A stretch of DNA of 64,000 nucleotides. Origin: an uncultured virus (IMG/VR IMGVR_UViG_3300042731_007181) (Duplodnaviria; Heunggongvirae; Uroviricota; Caudoviricetes). The stretch is taken from the IMG/VR virus record IMGVR_UViG_3300042731_007181. One strand, 5' to 3'. Below are positions 18,801 through 28,759 of this stretch, one piece after another. Positions within the stretch are counted from its first letter, which is position 1; each line of letters opens with the position of its first letter. A model generated the notes under the pieces. That model was not told the origin of the DNA. It saw nothing but the letters and a program-made list of their open reading frames with translations, and ran no database searches. The position numbers and the translations under genes are program-made.

Positions 18801-21800
18801 GAGTATTCGTTGGTGTTTCAGTCTGTGTTGGAGTAACCGATGAAGTCGGTGTATTTGTAGGTGTTAATGTAGGAGTAGGAGTAACACTTTGAGTTGGTGT
18901 AGGTGTCGGAGTTGGAGCAACAAAGATTACATCAACAGGACACGTACATGCGGAAGTGTTAACATTAGTAATACCCCAACTACTAATCACCTCACCAGGA
19001 GGAAGAATAGAATTAAAGTTATATTCAACTTGATGGTCACCTGAAGGCCATGTTCTCACACCAGAATATGTAAACCCTGAACTACCAACCATATAACCAC
19101 TAACCTCATAATCACATAAGGATTCAGCAGGAATACTAAGAGCAGAATCAGTCCAAAGTTGTAATCTAATCTTATCACCCTGAACCACAAAACCCGAAAG
19201 ATATTGAGTTGTCTGTGGACACGTTGCTGACGGAGTAACAGTCTGAGTCGGTGTTGCCGTGGATGTAGGTGTTTGTGTTGGGGTGACAGAACTTGTTGGT
19301 GTCACACTTGCCGTTGGTGTGACTGATGCAGTAACAGTTTGTGTTGGTGTTACTGTTGATGTCTGAGTTACCGATGGAGTCACCGTTTGAGTTGGGGTAA
19401 CTGAGGCAGTTGGAGTTACCGATGCTGTTGGTGTAACAGATGAAGTCGGTGTATTTGTTTGTGTTACTGCAGGAGTTTCAGATGCAGTCACAGTTTGAGT
19501 AGGGGTAAATGTTGGAGTTACTGTTGCTGTGACTGTTGGGGTAATACTCGCTGTTGGAGTAACCGATGCTGTTACGGTTGCCGTCACTGATGGTGTTGGT
19601 GTATTGGTTGGCGTCTCAGTCTGTGTTGGGGTAACAGATGAAGTTGGTGTCACACTTGCGGTTGGAGTATTTGTAGGTGTCTCCGTTTGTGTAGGAGTGA
19701 CTGATGAAGTTGGTGTAACTGATGATGTTGGAGTATTCGTAGGAGTGATTGCTGGCGTCTGTGAAGCAGTAACAGTTTGTGTTGGAGTAAATGTTGGGGT
19801 AACAGTTGAAGTAACAGTTGGAGTGATACTTGCTGTTGGTGTTACAGATGCCGTGACTGTTGCAGTTACAGAAGGTGTCGGAGTATTAGAAGCTGTTACT
19901 GTTTGTGTTGGCGTAACTGATGCTGTCGGAGTGACAGATGCAGTTGGTGTCACACTCGCCGTAACTGTTTGGGTAGGTGTAACCGTAGCAGTTGGTGTAA
20001 CTGATGATGTTGGCGTATTCGTAGGAGTAATTGCTGGCGTTTGAGACGCAGTTACAGTCTGAGTAGGGGTGAATGTAGGTGTTACCGTAGCAGTCACTGT
20101 TGGGGTGATAGATGCCGTTGGTGTAACGGATGAAGTAACAGTTGCAGTAACTGAAGGTGTTGGTGTATTAGACGCTGTTACTGTTTGTGTTGGAGTTACA
20201 GAAGCCGTAGGAGTATTGGTTGGTGTTACAGTATTAGATGGTGTAACAGTATTTGTAGGCGTGACTGACACAGTTGGAGTGACTGAACTTGTTTGAGTGT
20301 TAGTAGGTGTAATCGCAGGTGTAGATGAAGCCGTTACAGTTTGAGTCGGAGTAAATGTTGGAGTTACAGTTGCCGTAACTGTAGGCGTAATCGACGCAGT
20401 TGGAGTAACCGATGCGGTCACTGTCGCAGTCACAGAAGGTGTTGGAGTATTAGACGCCGTTACTGTTTGGGTAGGGGTTACAGAAGCAGTTGGAGTGACT
20501 GAAGACGTAGGAGTGTTAGTTGGTGTCACAGTATTTGACGGTGTTACTGACGCAGTTGGGGTAACTGTAGATGTAGGTGTGTTTGTCGGTGTGATTGCTG
20601 GTGTTTGTGAAGCAGTAACTGTTGCGGTAACAGATGGGGTCGGCGTATTAGATGAGGTAACTGAAGGTGTTGGAGTCACACTTGAAGTCGGAGTAACTGT
20701 ACTGGTAGGTGTAATGGTTGGAGTAACCGTATTTGATGGGGTTACAGTATTTGTTGGTGTAAATGTAGGAGTAACTGTATTTGAAGGGGTCACAGAAGCC
20801 GTAGGTGTAACAGACGCAGTTGGTGTATTTGTAGGAGTACTGGTATTTGACGGTGTTACCGTATTAGTCGGAGTTACACTCGCAGTAGGTGTATTAGTAG
20901 GGGTTACCTGTGCAGTTTGAGTCGGTGTATTAGTCGGGGTCACAGTAGATGTAGCAGTGACCGATGGTGTTGGTGTCACTGAGGATGTTGGAGTTACACT
21001 TGATGTCGGTGTATTTGTTGGGGTCACCGTATTCGAAGGTGTAACCGTATTAGTAGGGGTAAATGTAGGAGTTACCGTATTAGACGGAGTAACAGTATTT
21101 GTCGGAGTTACAGATGCTGTTGGCGTGTTTGTTGGAGTGACACTCGCAGTTGGTGTAACTGTAGATGTTGCAGTCACTGAAGGTGTCGGTGTATTCGTAG
21201 GAGTGACGGCCGGTGTCGAAGATGCAGTTACCGTTTGAGTCGGAGTATAAGTTGGAGTTACCGTAGCAGTAACAGTTGGTGTGATTGACGCTGTTGGAGT
21301 AACAGATGCCGTCACTGTCGCAGTGACAGAAGGTGTCGGAGTATTAGAAGCGGTAACTGTTTGTGTTGGAGTAACTGAAGCGGTTGGAGTGACGGACGAT
21401 GTAGGCGTATAAGTGGGTGTAACCGTATTTGTAGGCGTGACTGAAGCAGTTACTGTTGCCGTTGGAGTTATTGTCCTCGTTGGGGTATTTGTTGGGGTAG
21501 CAGTGTTAGAAGGGGTGACTGACGGAGTAGCCGTATTTGAAGGAGTTAGTGTCGCAGTCTTAGTCTGAGTAATAGTCGCAGTAATAGTAGGTGTTACCGA
21601 AGCAGTAGGAGTGTATGTCGGGGTGACTGTATTAGTAGGTGTATTACTTGGGGTGACTGTATTTGTAGGTGTAACCGTATTTGTTGGTGTAACAGATGCA
21701 GTTGGAGTATTTGTCGGCGTCTCAGACGCAGTAGGAGTATTAGTCGGAGTTACTGTATTGGTAGGGGTATATGTTGGTGTAACAGTATTAGATGGTGTGA

Positions 21801-23382
21801 CTGTATTAGTCGGCGTAACAGACGGAGTTACAGTATTTGATGGCGTAACAGATGGGGTGACAGTATTAGATGGTGTGACTGTATTGGTTGGTGTTACAGA
21901 TGGGGTAACCGTATTAGATGGAGTGACTGTATTGGTAGGGGTATTAGTCGGTGTCACCGTATTTGAAGGTGTAACCGAAGAAGTTGGTGTGTTTGTTGGT
22001 GTGGCAGTATTAGACGGAGTAACCGTATTTGTTGGTGTGTTGGTCGGTGTACGTGTAGGCGTTCTCGTAGGTGATACTGATGGAGTAACAGAAGGTGTTG
22101 CGGTTCTGGTTGGTGTTCTCGTAGGACTTACCGAAGGAGTAACCGACGGTGTAGCAGTATTTGTCGGAGTAACGGGTGGAGTCCTCGATGGCGTAACAGA
22201 AGACGTAGGTGTTACGGGAGGTGTAGTAGACGGGGTAACCGATGGTGTCGGAGTCTTTGGTGGTGTTGATGATGGAGTCTTTGTCGGTGGAGGAGTATTC
22301 GTCGGCGTACGAGTCGGAGTTCTTGTTGGCGTTCTCGTAGGTGTCACTGTTGGAGTTGCAGATACAGGAACATCACCACAACATTCGGTACATGTTTCAA
22401 ATACAGACGCAGTACATGTCGCAGCAGATTCACAATCAGGGACCACACCCTCAACAAAATAACAACACCCGTCACATCCGTCTAACTTTACAACCTGCCC
22501 AGCATTAGGACATGGAGAAAGGTTACTTATAGTTACAAATTGATTAGCCAATGCATAACCACAGTTAGAACAGTTACCAGGGTCTATTTCAACACAAGGT
22601 ATTAAATAAACACAACAAGGGTCATTAATGTTTGTAACATCATAACCAACACCAGGTTCCATACCCGGTTCATAAGCAATTGGACCCTCTTGACCTTCAC
22701 AAGCACCACATCCTCCACCTGGATAAGTGTTTACAACACTACCAACAAATGAAACGTTAGCTTGAGGACAATTCTCAGCACAAGAGCCAGTGGCAATAAC
22801 TTCCCAACAAGCGTTAATATTATCAACAAAGGAATCACCAATCGCGAAATTGTAGACATTCTGAATACAAGCGAATGAACTACCAGTACGACAGTCACGA
22901 ATACATGCATAACCAACGTTATGGACAATATAACCATCAAGAAAATAATAATTTGGACCACTCAACGTAAAGTTATATAGTGGGTCCATTGAATAAACAA
23001 TTTCTTTGGATGTAACCGGCTCATGTGTGATTTCACCATCAACCATCCTAACCAAATCATAATCACCACCAACAATAAAATTTAAGGTCTGAGCAAATCG
23101 ATATTCACCTGAAGGTTTGTGATAACCTAAAAGATGTTCGTCAATAACCCCCAAGTCATTTATCTGAAGGTAATTTCCCTGATGTTGATAGACATCAACA
23201 ACTTCAGGAGTCTGAACATCTTCAATATTAAGTGTTAATGATTGTATTTCGGTGAAATCAATACCTGTTACAATTTCAGGTATATCAAAAGACAGAACTT
23301 GGTCCCCGAGTTGGATGTTTTCTATCGCAACCTGAGAACCATCAGATAATAAAACTTTTTGTCCTAATTTATATCCTGCCAT
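15844..23382 (-). CDS. giant mucin-like protein: N-terminal HINT domain, Cys-rich modules, ~1900-aa T/P/S/V tract
   Basis: 2512-aa open frame. Residues 1-155 are HINT-like (GQKVLLSDG...[10 protein letters not shown]...LYNFTL...[10 protein letters not shown]). No signal peptide is seen. Confidence 0.85.
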   Translation of the reverse strand: MAGYKLGQKVLLSDGSQVAIENIQLGDQVLSFDIPEIVTGIDFTEIQSLTLNIEDVQTPEVVDVYQHQGNYLQINDLGVIDEHLLGYHKPSGEYRFAQTLNFIVGGDYDLVRMVDGEITHEPVTSKEIVYSMDPLYNFTLSGPNYYFLDGYIVHNVGYACIRDCRTGSSFACIQNVYNFAIGDSFVDNINACWEVIATGSCAENCPQANVSFVGSVVNTYPGGGCGACEGQEGPIAYEPGMEPGVGYDVTNINDPCCVYLIPCVEIDPGNCSNCGYALANQFVTISNLSPCPNAGQVVKLDGCDGCCYFVEGVVPDCESAATCTASVFETCTECCGDVPVSATPTVTPTRTPTRTPTRTPTNTPPPTKTPSSTPPKTPTPSVTPSTTPPVTPTSSVTPSRTPPVTPTNTATPSVTPSVSPTRTPTRTATPSVTPSVSPTRTPTRTPTNTPTNTVTPSNTATPTNTPTSSVTPSNTVTPTNTPTNTVTPSNTVTPSVTPTNTVTPSNTVTPSVTPSNTVTPSVTPTNTVTPSNTVTPTYTPTNTVTPTNTPTASETPTNTPTASVTPTNTVTPTNTVTPSNTPTNTVTPTYTPTASVTPTITATITQTKTATLTPSNTATPSVTPSNTATPTNTPTRTITPTATVTASVTPTNTVTPTYTPTSSVTPTASVTPTQTVTASNTPTPSVTATVTASVTPTASITPTVTATVTPTYTPTQTVTASSTPAVTPTNTPTPSVTATSTVTPTASVTPTNTPTASVTPTNTVTPSNTVTPTFTPTNTVTPSNTVTPTNTPTSSVTPTSSVTPTPSVTATSTVTPTNTPTQTAQVTPTNTPTASVTPTNTVTPSNTSTPTNTPTASVTPTASVTPSNTVTPTFTPTNTVTPSNTVTPTITPTSTVTPTSSVTPTPSVTSSNTPTPSVTATVTASQTPAITPTNTPTSTVTPTASVTPSNTVTPTNTPTSSVTPTASVTPTQTVTASNTPTPSVTATVTASVTPTASITPTVTATVTPTFTPTQTVTASSTPAITPTNTQTSSVTPTVSVTPTNTVTPSNTVTPTNTPTASVTPTQTVTASNTPTPSVTATVTSSVTPTASITPTVTATVTPTFTPTQTVTASQTPAITPTNTPTSSVTPTATVTPTQTVTASVTPTASVTPTASVTPTQTVTASNTPTPSVTATVTASVTPTASITPTVTSTVTPTFTPTQTVTASQTPAITPTNTPTSSVTPTSSVTPTQTETPTNTPTASVTPTSSVTPTQTETPTNTPTPSVTATVTASVTPTASITPTVTATVTPTFTPTQTVTASETPAVTQTNTPTSSVTPTASVTPTASVTPTQTVTPSVTQTSTVTPTQTVTASVTPTASVTPTSSVTPTQTPTSTATPTQTVTPSATCPQTTQYLSGFVVQGDKIRLQLWTDSALSIPAESLCDYEVSGYMVGSSGFTYSGVRTWPSGDHQVEYNFNSILPPGEVISSWGITNVNTSACTCPVDVIFVAPTPTPTPTQSVTPTPTLTPTNTPTSSVTPTQTETPTNTPTASVTATVTASVTPTASITPTVTATVTPTFTPTQTVTASETPAVTQTNTPTSSVTPTASVTPTQTVTPTQTVTTSVTPTASVTPTSSVTPTQTLTPSVTATITASVTPTASITPTVTATVTPTFTPTQTVTPSETPGSTPTNTPTSSVTPTASVTPTNTVTPTQTVTASVTPTSSVTPTQTETPTNTPTPSVTATVTASVTPTASITPTVTATVTPTFTPTQTVTPSETPGVTPTSTPTATVTQTSSVTPTASVTPTASVTPTTSNTPTPSVTATVTASVTPTASVTPTITSSVTPTVTQTQTVTPSETPVSTPTNTPTSSVTPTASVTPTASVTPTSSVTPTPSVTATVTASVTATASVTPTVTASETPTSTPTQTVTPSETPISTPTNTPTASVTPTSSVTPTASVTPTSSVTPTSTVTPSITATITPSNTQTLTPTQTVTASETPGVTPTNTPTSSVTPTASVTPTASVTPTNTSTPTQTVTSTVTSTPTETPTNTPTASVTPTVTASETPTSTPTQTVTPSETPQVTPTNTPTSSVTPTASVTPTASVTPTASVTPTASVTPTLTATITPSNTQTLTPTQTVTPSETPGSTPTNTPTQTVTQTSSVTPTASVTPTQTVTPSSSVTPTPSVTASVTPTVTNTNTPTGSVTPTVTASETPTSTPTQTVTPSETPGGTPTNTPTQTATLTPTPSITSSVTPSVTPSLTATQTPTVTVTPSITASATPTYTPTQTVTQTVTPSETPGGTPTSTPTSTHTPTQTATVTSSNTPTPSNTVTITPTSTVTQTPGGTPSPTPTNTPLSTQTPTVTSTPTVTPTHTVTPSTSSILQDCSVYELEVTKLGTEGLFEYWYDECSDTLCGTVRQSHGIIYKVPTTITICAQQNTVIFPPQYPSSAYTLTNICNNCCSGPAITSTPSPSNTPTISVSPTNTPTISVSPTNTPTISNSPTNTPSISVSPTYTPTPSVTPTEGGPFTVFMFIPNL
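16320..22360 (-). repeat. low-complexity T-x-T-x mucin tract with higher-order repeat, interrupted by a globular domain at ~18920-19225
   Basis: At least 8 copies of ...[12 protein letters not shown][A/S]TVTPT[F/Y]TPTQTVT[A/P]S... Confidence 0.9.
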
Positions 23383-23401
23383 TTCCTGATACCCTTAACC
23401 T

Positions 23402-23408
23402 ATAAATA
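23402..23408 (-). promoter_or_regulatory. putative late promoter TATTTAT
   Basis: 19 nt upstream of the giant mucin ATG. Confidence 0.65.
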
Positions 23409-23428
23409 ATCGGTTAACCCCTTTTGTA

Positions 23429-25789
23429 TCAGGATTCTTTCCTTAAACTTCCGTCGTAATGGTCAAATCTATCATGTTCTGTTGGACTTAATAATAAGAT
23501 ACCTGGATTAATGTTTCCTTTGATTGTTTCTTGGAACATATAAGACATCCATGTTTGTTCATATGGACGAGCCCATTTCTCAGTTAGGAACATCTTTTCA
23601 TTACCATATTTTGAAACCACTTGAGGCCAGTTACAGTAATATATCTCACCGTGAGCAAATGGGATACCTTGGAATGAATCCACCTTAGTTAGTTTTGTTT
23701 TTGGGGCATTTGGGTCCAACCCTTGAACGGGTAAGTTTGGTTTTTCAGGCCAATGTTCTTCTCTAATATGTTGAGGTACATTGTACCACGCCCACTGTAC
23801 TCTGTTATCACCGTAGAATTCGGTGAATGATAGTTTTACGAAATCAAAGTTGTTTTTCTTTGCAATTTTAAGAGAATTTCTATAAAGATTTTTAACATAT
23901 CTATTGAATCCATTCTTACAAACCTCACCCTCTTTTGGATAGAAGAACATATCATCTTCAAAGAAGAAATAATAGTCAAATCCTCTTTCTTCTGCGTCCT
24001 CAGCAACCCATTGACGACCACCACAAATACCTAAGTTGTCTTTCTTAACATAAATCATGTTATATTCTTCAGCCATCTCTTCATACTCAGGTGATGTTGA
24101 TAAATCCGTTGAATTATCCAACATTACCCACTGTGGTTTCGTTACAAAATCTTCATCGTATTGTTTCATTGATTCAATCAATGTTCTTACCTGATTAGGA
24201 CTGTTAAATGTAATCACATAAAGACCCACATTGTCAATATCCAAATCGTTGGTGATGATTTCAAACTTCGCTTCGTGTAATGGTTTGTGATTATCATTTT
24301 TAACGTCTTCAAAGAACTTATTGATTAATCCGTTACCATTGATTGGGAAATACTGATAGTTTTCAGGGTATCTATACAACAATAATGTGAATAAAGACTC
24401 TTCAGTACCCATATACCCTTCATTGAGGGTAGATTTCATGATACCGTAGTATTCATTGTTGAAATCGGCAATATCTTCAATCGGTCCACCGAAGAAACCA
24501 CCACGACAAACCTTATTGACCTTAGCTCTGGCAATTTCGTTCATCTTTTTGATTTCAAAACCGTGAATTTCAGTGTCAGACTCATAAGGGAACGCTACGA
24601 AAGTCATCTTATCAATCTTTGTCAGTTTGTCTAAGACCCTATCATGAGTAAAGTACCCTGAATGTACGGTATTAGTGATACCAGCATCCAACCAGAATAA
24701 ATGAGTCGAACCAAACTTATCCATAATCTTTGCATCGTGTAACAAATAAGGTTTTGACATCACCAAAGGATTATACATATCTAACCTACCTTGAGTAGAC
24801 TCAGATAACCACCCTACTTGGTTTTGCCAGTCAGGGTTTGTGCGGATTCTTTGAATCGGTTCATAGAATTCTCCTTTGAACCACTCTTGGCTACGACCAA
24901 TGAATTGTGTGTTTTCATCCGTTCTTCTTTCCATGACAAAATCTCTTAATTCTTCATCACCAAACACAATCATGTTGTAAGGTATCTTAAGAATCTCGTC
25001 AAATTTCTCTAAATAATGTTCAAAACTACGTGACCAACCTTCTCCTAATTCATCACGTTTGATGTTCCATAAACCTGTAACTATAGTAATTCCATTGTTT
25101 TCCATTTCTCCGTAAAGTTCTTTGTATATGTAATTTTTTATTCCGACGATGTCTCCACCTTCTAATCCATAAACATAATCATGTTCATCAAATTTTTGTA
25201 TGATTTTTTCCTTATCTTCATCAACTAAACTCGACCATTCTAACCTAACAATCTTTGGTGAATGTCTTTCAAAATCAATTTGTTTGAAGATGGTATAATC
25301 ATGTCCTTCGGCATCAATCTTTATCACATCATATGCAAGTATTTCATGCTTATTCAGAAGATTATCTAATGTGATTGTTGGTACTGTAATTCTTGTACCA
25401 TATTTCTCAACAGTTTCCCTATCACCTTCACTCCCCAAACCATTCTTTGGTGGATATATAGCACTCATCCCCATAAAACAGGAATGAATCTTACCTTCCT
25501 CGATTGCGAAAGGATTGATGGTAACCATTTCCACCTCACCATTTTGGTCAGATACTGCCGCATTTTCAAACTTATGTCTGTCCCCCAAATTCTTAACTAA
25601 TTTTTGAAAGTAATATGGAATTGGCTCAACATATAAACCAGTGAATTGATATGCGTTAGTGTACCCAATCAACTCGTCAAAAGTTTGACCGTCCATCGCA
25701 CCAATGTTAAGTGTAAAAAGTTTGTGACCTTGTTTACCTAAGTGGTGTAAGGCTTCATTGAAATAATCTGTTCTCTCTAATACTAACAT
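23429..25789 (-). CDS. three-domain fusion: FkbM methyltransferase + HtrL/YibB(WlaTC)-like + GT-A (GT2-like) glycosyltransferase
   Basis: FkbM motifs IGAMDG, YVEP, ENAAVS, IKIDAEG; HtrL-like motifs TIVTGLWNI, FWLDAG, GGFFGG, TEES; GT-A motifs YVITFN, LDNS, NLGICGGR, FFEDD. Start 25789 forms a TAATG overlap. Confidence 0.8.
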   Translation of the reverse strand: MLVLERTDYFNEALHHLGKQGHKLFTLNIGAMDGQTFDELIGYTNAYQFTGLYVEPIPYYFQKLVKNLGDRHKFENAAVSDQNGEVEMVTINPFAIEEGKIHSCFMGMSAIYPPKNGLGSEGDRETVEKYGTRITVPTITLDNLLNKHEILAYDVIKIDAEGHDYTIFKQIDFERHSPKIVRLEWSSLVDEDKEKIIQKFDEHDYVYGLEGGDIVGIKNYIYKELYGEMENNGITIVTGLWNIKRDELGEGWSRSFEHYLEKFDEILKIPYNMIVFGDEELRDFVMERRTDENTQFIGRSQEWFKGEFYEPIQRIRTNPDWQNQVGWLSESTQGRLDMYNPLVMSKPYLLHDAKIMDKFGSTHLFWLDAGITNTVHSGYFTHDRVLDKLTKIDKMTFVAFPYESDTEIHGFEIKKMNEIARAKVNKVCRGGFFGGPIEDIADFNNEYYGIMKSTLNEGYMGTEESLFTLLLYRYPENYQYFPINGNGLINKFFEDVKNDNHKPLHEAKFEIITNDLDIDNVGLYVITFNSPNQVRTLIESMKQYDEDFVTKPQWVMLDNSTDLSTSPEYEEMAEEYNMIYVKKDNLGICGGRQWVAEDAEERGFDYYFFFEDDMFFYPKEGEVCKNGFNRYVKNLYRNSLKIAKKNNFDFVKLSFTEFYGDNRVQWAWYNVPQHIREEHWPEKPNLPVQGLDPNAPKTKLTKVDSFQGIPFAHGEIYYCNWPQVVSKYGNEKMFLTEKWARPYEQTWMSYMFQETIKGNINPGILLLSPTEHDRFDHYDGSLRKES

Positions 25790-26316
25790 TATGTTAAGAC
25801 TATAAAGTTTTTCTGCCACCCCTCATATTGTGTCCATGTTTTTCCTAAAAGTTCTGCAGTTTCAATCGCGAAGTTATACTCATCTTCTCTGTGAGTGTCA
25901 TCCATAATAATTGGTACATTAGTGTTAAATCTGTCCCAATACTTTGCAATATTGTTTCTCGTTTTTTGTTGGTCAAGATTCGGAGGTCCATCCACAATAA
26001 TCAAAGAATACTCTTCAGGTAAGGAATTAAATACCACTTCAGGGTCATACCATCCATCAACAATTTCAGCTAAAATGTAATTTGCCTTTGGTGCCAATCT
26101 TGTGAACCTCTCTTGATGTTCAACAGGATAAACTGTATGGTATCTACTTAACTCAATAGTTCCACTACCACTACCAAATTCAATAATAGTTTCACCTTGA
26201 GGGATATTATCAAGAATCCACTCATAACATTCAACAGATATCGCCCATCCATCGAGGTTATTAAAGTTAATGTCTCTTGCTTTTAGTTTTGGATAAATTT
26301 CATTTAATCTATTCAT
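25789..26316 (-). CDS. class I SAM-dependent methyltransferase-like protein
   Basis: IIEFGSGSGT, LIIVDGPP and IIMDD motifs. Confidence 0.75.
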   Translation of the reverse strand: MNRLNEIYPKLKARDINFNNLDGWAISVECYEWILDNIPQGETIIEFGSGSGTIELSRYHTVYPVEHQERFTRLAPKANYILAEIVDGWYDPEVVFNSLPEEYSLIIVDGPPNLDQQKTRNNIAKYWDRFNTNVPIIMDDTHREDEYNFAIETAELLGKTWTQYEGWQKNFIVLT

Positions 26317-27191
26317 AATTGTTCAAAAAATGTGTAGAAACTGATTTTATCTTTTAAGAACTCAGGAGTTACAGATTTATCAGTTAATGAAGAATCATCG
26401 TGATACCATGTGTTGAACTTATATGAACGATAATTCTCTGGTTTATCATAAACCATAGTCGCCATTATTGCTTCATGGTTTAATAAAAATTCTTTTCTTA
26501 ATGCCGTTTGAGCATAGTCCTCAAATCTTTGAAAGAAATCAGGTAATTTACTTACGTGACCACCAATAATACCACCGATAGATAATGAATCGTACATATG
26601 GTCCTTATCTAATATCTCATTAAGTTTTCTGTGGTCGTGGAAGAATAAAGTATTTCTAATATCAATTAATTTATCACCCACCCAATTGTTAATCTTTGGA
26701 AACGTTTCAGTATTAAAAATACCATCATAAGTGTACCTATATTTGTTTACTGAAAGACCTGTAATCTTATCAGCGTTTGAGTTGTATCTTCTCGGATACA
26801 AACCAATATGTGATAATCCACAGTCAATCCAATATAGATAATCTAAACCCTCTTCCATTTCATCTTCCATCAAAGCTATTTTTGCCCAACCAACTTCCAA
26901 ATAAAATTTGAACTTATCAGGGTTTTTTTCTTTTATTTCAATCATTTTTTTACTGTGACGGATATCTTCCAATTCTTTTACCTTGACTGTTACATTAGTA
27001 ACTTCATTCTCATCAAGAAAATCTTGTAATGCCTCTGCTGTATTCGAACCTGTATAACAAACAATGGGTAAACCCATTTGAGATAGTTGTACCAACGAAT
27101 TGATATACCTATCCCAACGGGCTTGAACCTTATGACCAAAGAATGGGAAATCACCCAATCCGAAATATAAAAATGTTACTAATTTTGTCAT
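26313..27191 (-). CDS. HtrL/YibB (WlaTC)-like putative glycosyltransferase
   Basis: KLVTFLY, YLYWIDCG and GGIIGG; paralogous to the middle domain of the fusion gene; ATGA-coupled start at 27191. Confidence 0.65.
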   Translation of the reverse strand: MTKLVTFLYFGLGDFPFFGHKVQARWDRYINSLVQLSQMGLPIVCYTGSNTAEALQDFLDENEVTNVTVKVKELEDIRHSKKMIEIKEKNPDKFKFYLEVGWAKIALMEDEMEEGLDYLYWIDCGLSHIGLYPRRYNSNADKITGLSVNKYRYTYDGIFNTETFPKINNWVGDKLIDIRNTLFFHDHRKLNEILDKDHMYDSLSIGGIIGGHVSKLPDFFQRFEDYAQTALRKEFLLNHEAIMATMVYDKPENYRSYKFNTWYHDDSSLTDKSVTPEFLKDKISFYTFFEQL

Positions 27192-28759
27192 TTTTTGAAG
27201 TAGTAATCCTCTAATAAGAGACAATCCATCTCTGTTTTATCATACACCTTAAATGCATCTGAGTATCTCGAAAGAATTGGTTTACCGTTTACGTTGAATG
27301 AAGTATTCAACAACACACCAATTCCCGATTTCTTTTCAAACTCAGTCAATAAGTTATACAACCAAGGATTTTGTTCTTCAGTTACTGTTTGAACACGAGC
27401 AGTACCATCAACGTGAGTAATAGAAACTAATTTTTCTCTCCACTCTTCTTTTACCGTTGGACAGAAACTCATCCATCTACTCTCACCCTCAAAGTCAAAA
27501 TACTTTTCAACATCCTCCAACTTACATACAGGGGCAAATGGTCTGTACCACTCTCTGTTTTTAACCTTAGCGTTCAAAATATCTTTCATATCAGGATATG
27601 CCGGATTACAAATGATACTACGGTTACCCAACGCTCTCGGTCCGTGTTCTGAGGTACCTCTAACGACACCGACGATACTACCGTTAGCCAAGTCATCAGT
27701 CAATGTATCAATACTCAACTCACGACCACGTCTTTCCTCAACGTGAGACATCAATGTATGTTTATCCAATACAGGAACACCCGCATATGTTACGTCAACA
27801 GCCTTCTCAGGTTTCATATGATTCAGAATCATACCTGTAGCAATACCACAGTCATTAGGGTTAGGTGGAACAAACACAGGACGGTCCAATATCTGTTGTA
27901 GTTTGGTGTTAAGAAGTATATTAAGAGCACACCCACCAACTGTAATCAACGGAATATTCGGATACTCATCCAAAAACGGTTGAGCCATCTCCATGAAAAC
28001 ATTCTCAAAAGCAATTTGTGACGTTTTGGCAACATCCCAAGATGTCTGTCCTGTCAATCGGTTATTGATATCAAAAACCAACCCCGTTTGTTCACCTAAT
28101 TCACCTAAAAACTCGATATAGTTCAAACCATCAGGTTTTCTTCTATAGTAATTCTCAAAGTGTGGTAACCAATCTTCATTCACCTCACCATAAGAACATA
28201 ATCCCATGATTTTTCCTGAATAAACTAAGTTACCAATATTCAATGCAGGTTCCTTACGGATATCACCCAAGTAATCACCGAATGACATATAAGGGAAACC
28301 TAAATCCAAATTATATTTGTCTAATAACGTAATTGTTTCCCTATCAGAAGCGTGATATACATTGAAGAAACCATCATTACCTCCTCCATCAAAAGAGATA
28401 ATCAAAGCTTCATCGTAATCAGTTTGATATAGACCACAAGCCGCGTGACTCAAATGGTGAAGACAGTTGATGTGTTCTTTAGCGGGGATAAGTTTCTCAT
28501 AGTGAACTTTAGTTCCACCTTCCAAAGTATCTGAGTTTAAGTAGTAACACTTATCATACTCAGAAATACCATATTCATCTTCAATAAATTTTAAGATATG
28601 TTTAAGTAGATAAGGTCTTGTATATGAAACCAAATACTGAGCATAACCCGCATTCTTTTCACTCAAAAATCTTTCTACTTCAATTACTGTAATTAATTCC
28701 CCATTCTCCTCAACCGCTACCGCTGCGTTGTGGGAACCATAAAACGCTATATTCGCCAT
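27188..28759 (-). CDS. O-carbamoyltransferase (NodU/CmcH/TobZ family)
   Basis: HHLSHA, SFDGGG, GKIMGL, GGCALN, GPRALGNRS, VKNREWYRPFAP, HVDGTARVQTV and LLNTSFN. Confidence 0.95.
   Translation of the reverse strand: MANIAFYGSHNAAVAVEENGELITVIEVERFLSEKNAGYAQYLVSYTRPYLLKHILKFIEDEYGISEYDKCYYLNSDTLEGGTKVHYEKLIPAKEHINCLHHLSHAACGLYQTDYDEALIISFDGGGNDGFFNVYHASDRETITLLDKYNLDLGFPYMSFGDYLGDIRKEPALNIGNLVYSGKIMGLCSYGEVNEDWLPHFENYYRRKPDGLNYIEFLGELGEQTGLVFDINNRLTGQTSWDVAKTSQIAFENVFMEMAQPFLDEYPNIPLITVGGCALNILLNTKLQQILDRPVFVPPNPNDCGIATGMILNHMKPEKAVDVTYAGVPVLDKHTLMSHVEERRGRELSIDTLTDDLANGSIVGVVRGTSEHGPRALGNRSIICNPAYPDMKDILNAKVKNREWYRPFAPVCKLEDVEKYFDFEGESRWMSFCPTVKEEWREKLVSITHVDGTARVQTVTEEQNPWLYNLLTEFEKKSGIGVLLNTSFNVNGKPILSRYSDAFKVYDKTEMDCLLLEDYYFKK

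Noticed and set aside
16320..22360. Possible CRISPR array or satellite
   Set aside because: The repeats are degenerate at third codon positions, in frame, and lack a repeat-spacer structure.
15872..22462. Many + strand Val/Gly-rich ORFs (VGVT repeats), also at 38425-39297, 41877-42182 and 43228-43872
   Set aside because: They are antisense shadows of ACN/CCN codons in the Thr/Pro tracts, with no independent expression signals.
22918..23382. Mobile splicing intein
   Set aside because: No N-extein, no Cys1, no +1 nucleophile and no homing endonuclease; kept instead as a cleavage-type HINT domain.
23395..23417. TTAACC/GGTTAA inverted repeat around the late promoter
   Set aside because: The 6-bp AT-rich stem is weak and is not seen at the other promoter copies.
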